Below are positions 59,770 to 64,000 of a stretch of DNA of 64,000 bases, one piece after another. Within the stretch, counting starts at the first letter, position 1. Every line of letters starts with the position of its first letter. The notes under the pieces are model-generated. The model had not been told where the DNA came from. It worked only from the letters and a program-made list of their open reading frames with translations, and made no database searches. A program made the translations under genes and the position numbers. Source of the DNA: Gracilinanus agilis (taxonomy: Eukaryota); NCBI RefSeq assembly GCF_016433145.1, contig NC_058131.1, forward strand, positions 27,770,992-27,834,991, written 5' to 3'.

Positions 59770-62700
59770 ATGGGGTGTCAGAGGAGATGGAGATGGTTCT
59801 TTTTAGCTGGGTTTCTCATTATGGAAGTATTTGCCTTGAGAAAGACACAGGCAGGTAAGTCTAAAGAGAAGAGGGTTCTGTAGACAGTGTAGAGACAATG
59901 GAGCTTTGGATCTGATGGGGGAAAGTTATTCATTCCCTTCAAATAGCAGACAGTCTGTCAAAAATATTTAATAAGCATATTTGTTGGTTAATTATTATTA
60001 AGCATATTATTAAGCATAAAAGCATACTAAGCATAACTGTTATGGAAAATAACATGTTACAGGGAAAATGCGAGGTACAGAGGATACCACCACCAAAAAA
60101 TATAATAATGAAATGAAACATAGTCTCCGCCTAAAAGGAGCTCACGCTCTAAAAGGAAGAGACAACATGTAAATAAATATAACAAGACACATCTAGAGGA
60201 GATGAAATGTAACTTTGAAAGGGAAAACAATTGTGGTCTCAGGGTTGAATGAATGTTTGGTGTGCAGGATGGTAAGTGGGACAATTTAACGAAAATGTTG
60301 ACTGTATGAAGGGAAAGACTATGAAAATAGCCTAGAAAGGAAGACTGAATCAGAATGTGAATGACTTTAAATGTCATTAGCTGCCAAAGTTTGTATTTTA
60401 TCCTAGAGGTTATTCCTACTATTCCTAGGAGGGAACTACTAAAGTTTTTTGGAGATGGAGTATAGTGTGCTCTGGGAATAGGAATATAGGAAGATTGGGA
60501 AGGATTGATTAGAGAGGGGAGAATTCAAAAGAAGGAAACCCATTGATGAGGAAATTGCCAAAATCCTGGTGAGAGGGAATGAGGGGTTGAACTAGGGTGG
60601 GGAATGTATGAATGGAGAGAAAGAGAGAGATTTGAGAGAGGAGATGGAGGTAGATTTAGTTGGGCTTGGCTGCTGATCAGATATTGGGGAAAGATAGCAA
60701 GAGGGAAGATTTGAGAATGGATCTGAGATTGCAAATATAGAAGATTAGAATATTAGTACTGTTCTTGATAAAATAGAAAGTAAGTGAGAAACAGAGGTTT
60801 AGGGAGAAGTTAATGACTTACATTTTTGACATACTGAGTTTCAAATACCTAGAAGCAATCTAATTGGAGAGGTCTGAAAGAAAAGGGTTTTTTAATAAGC
60901 ATTTATTAATCCCCTATTATGCAGCAGGTACTATAGTGAGTCCCTTATAAATACTTCTTTCGAGTACCAATAGAAATCTAAGAGATCAATGTCATTATTA
61001 TTCTCATTTTATGGATAAGGAAACTCAGGTCAAAAGAGCTTAAGCGGTTTATTTGCCAAAGATCATACAGCTTAAATGTCTAAGGCTAGATTTGAACTCA
61101 AGTCTTTATAAGAACAAACTCATCCCTCTATCCACTGCACCAACTAGCTGATAATATCTGGCTCAAAAGAAAGAGACTAAGAGTTGGATATGTAAATTTT
61201 AGAGTGATTTTTTAAATTATATTTAATAGGGGTGGGAAACAGAGAAAGGGCAAAGAAATGACTGAGAGGAGGCTCTGGTCCTCTGGTATCCCCAAACCTG
61301 AAACATCATTTTCTCTTCTTCTCTTCCTTCCTATAATTCAGTCCACCACAGGCATGAGCTTCAGTTCACCACAGTGGGTACAATCCACTCTGTCTTGGAA
61401 CTAAGTGCAATTACCCTCATAGATGATGTTGAAGTGGCATCTTATAATAAAGGACAGAAGCAAATTACTATCAAGATACCCTGGATCTCCAAAGTAATAG
61501 GAGTCAATTCTCTTACCCAGTGGCATAATTTACTGGTGAAATATGAGAAAGATTTCCTCTGGCCAATCCAATTCTTAGCACAGCATGACATCAACTACAA
61601 TCGTAAGTTATATCAGCTCATTTCCCCCCATTCTGTTTTTCAGAATACTTTGTCTGCTTCTCTCCCAAGCCCAGGAGATCCAAGGACCCCAGTAGATCAT
61701 ACCACTGAGACAAATTTCTTTGGTCCTATCCTATTGTATCCTTCTCTGGAGAAAGAGCTATGAAGGATCCAGCCCTGGGCCAAAGGTTTCACCCAGTTGG
61801 ATTAACATCCAGGATCACCATCTCCTATTATTCTTTTAAGAGATTTCTGCCTTCTGCCCAGTGACTTTCATTGCTTGCCAAAATTTCTTAATCAATAAAT
61901 GTGAACTTCAGAGAATCAAGTCCCGTGCTCTCCTTCAGTCCCAGAGGTTAGAAACGTGCTACAGTCCATCCTAGTTATTGATCTCTCTCTTCATCTGGAT
62001 TTCAGACATTAGTTCTAGCACCAACTCCTTCCATTATCTTTTACTCTGCAATTACACACAACAGAACCACCTCAACAACAAGACTCTGTTATCTGGGTTT
62101 TTTTTTGAAAAGAAAGAGAATACCCAAATTCAGATATAAATTGTATGTAAAGCTTAAAAAGTAAAAAAGTGTGCTAAGAATTTAGAGATGCACTGCATAA
62201 CATAACAGTTCAAACTGGATGGAGTAGAAATGGACATAGACCAAGAATGAAAAGAACCTAACTCCCAAGTTGGTCTACCCTACCTGAATTTTCTGTGACT
62301 CTCTGGAGAAAGTCTGCTCAAACCATAAGTAACCCCCAATGTTTTTTTTAAAAACCCCTATCTTCCGCCTTGGAGTCAATACTGTGTATTGGATCCAAGG
62401 CAGAAGAGTCGTAAGGGTAGGCAATGGGGGCCAAGTGACTTGCCCAGGGTCACCCAGCTGGAAAGTGTTGGAGATCAGATTTGAACCTAGGGCCCACCCC
62501 CGTCTCTAGGCCTGGCTCTCAATCCACTGAGATACCCAGTTGCCCTACCCCAGTGTTATGAAAAAAAGAAAATCCTCTTTCTACATCTCCCCCATGGATG
62601 GGCTTCTCTTTTGGATTCCCTGTCCCCTTTTCAACCAGAGGAGCCCAATTCTATGTTCCTCCGCAGGAAACCACACAGGCCAGCTCTTGGCAGAATGTGA

Positions 62701-62933
62701 AGTGGACAATGACATCACAGTAAAGAGTCACATCCATTTAATTTGGAATGGGGAGGAAACTTACTGGATAAATGAAGAGGTTGGGCACTGGGAGAAACTA
62801 AATCCTGAAGTCAAGCAATACCCATACATTCTGCAGAGTCCTCTCTGGACCAATCTAACGAAATACTACATGAAGGTATATTGTGCTGACTTGATGAGGA
62901 AAATCATTGGGTATTCAAGCTTAAGGGAAAATG
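59770..62933 (+). CDS. Non-classical MHC class I heavy chain, gene 4 (probable UT family), partial: leader, alpha1, alpha2
   Basis: Exons 59770-59854, 61342-61602, 62667-62933, open and GT-AG. Intron 3 follows the paralogs to 63815, then an N at 63818 and unrelated sequence; alpha3/TM exons are not in the window. Confidence 0.85.
62342..62546 (-). mobile_element. SINE1_Mdo-like in gene 4 intron 2
   Basis: Full SINE body; degenerate TSD (ACCCCCAATGTT / ACCCCAGTGTT); absent in genes 1-3. Confidence 0.82.
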
Positions 62934-64000
62934 GTGAGTGTTTCCTTCTTCCCATCTCCTCCTAAAAGCTCTAGGTCACCTCCACAATCCTGTGCAGTCA
63001 CCGGAGTTCCAGAGAAAGAGACAGGAACCCCACCTTCTGATCATAGCCCCAGCTGACAATGGGAAAATTTGTTTTAAATGTGAGAAAGTTTGAATTAGGT
63101 TCTCTCTTTTTTCCTTCTTTTCTTTTTCTTACTTATTTTCTTTTTTCTTTTCCATATTTCCTTCTTTCTTTCCCACTTTCCTTCCTTCTCTCTCTTTTCA
63201 TCTATCATTTTTTCCTTTCTTTTTTCCTTCTTTTTTCCTTTATTTCAATCCTTTCTTTCCTTACCTATTTTCCTCTTCCTTACCTTTTTTGGTTCTTCTT
63301 TCTTTCTCCCTTCCATTCTTTCCTTATTTCTTTTTTCTATTCCTCAAGTTAAAGTCTTCCTCCCATGACTCATCAAGGAAGGAGGATGACCCTAGGAGTT
63401 CAAAAATCATGGCAGGTATACACATACTCTAAAGAGATCTCCCAGGCTGAGAAATTTATTTTCACTGTCCCGGGGATGATGAACTATGTATCTGCTGGGC
63501 AAAGAGCAATCTAGCCAGATTTAGAACATCAGCAGCAGGAGGTTGGCCACCAGTAATGTTTTACTTTTATTTGGGGTGGAAATGACAGAGATATATGAAG
63601 GATAGCCTAGTAAGCATTTTGGGTATTCAGTCTTCATGATCAGGAATACCCCCACTGATTCAATCATGGATCACAGAGGAATACACTTCTTGAAGATGGT
63701 TTAGAAAGCTGCTGGTGATGTTTGTCAAAACCAACAGATGGTGACTCACTAACTAGTGTTAACCTAGCATTCTTTGAGGTGTCCAGAGATACACAGAAAT
63801 AAAAGCTACTCTCAATGNGTGAGGATAGGAGGGCCTTTTGCTGGGAGGTAGCAGTGTCAGGGGAGAGAAGAATGTGATCAGCAGTGCCAATGCTATGGAG
63901 AGATCAAGACTCCTATAGAGTAACCTAGAAAAAATGGAGGCAAGGAAGTCTGGGACCATGAAAAGGAACTTTCAAGGGCAGGAGCACCATGGCCATGAGC

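Overview
Eukaryotic (marsupial) genomic DNA, most likely opossum (Monodelphis-type SINE1/MAR1 SINEs and L1 3' ends; species is an inference). The window is a tandem array of ~13-16 kb units. Each unit carries a + strand non-classical MHC class I gene with five exons (leader, alpha1, alpha2, alpha3, TM/tail). Genes 1-3 have intact reading frames; gene 4 breaks off at an N before its alpha3 exon. The proteins best fit the marsupial/monotreme UT family, which is already described; I could not verify this by search or assign locus numbers. Downstream of each gene, on the - strand, lies a copy of one ATG5 processed pseudogene that inserted into an old CR1/L3 LINE (13-bp target-site duplication). 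The three copies that still cover codon 69 share a W69* stop, so it died before the array amplified. Later unit-specific LTR, ERV, L1, SINE and hAT insertions and deletions distinguish the units. Most notable observations: a decayed inverted fifth paralog (promoter + leader exon) head-to-head with gene 1 and interrupted by an ERV; groove-focused divergence with a nearly invariant alpha3; glycan-site, start-codon and stop-codon turnover among paralogs; a conserved PU.1-IRF composite promoter element; a gene-1-specific intronic hairpin; and a mosaic gene 4. All coordinates, translations and alignments were derived by hand.
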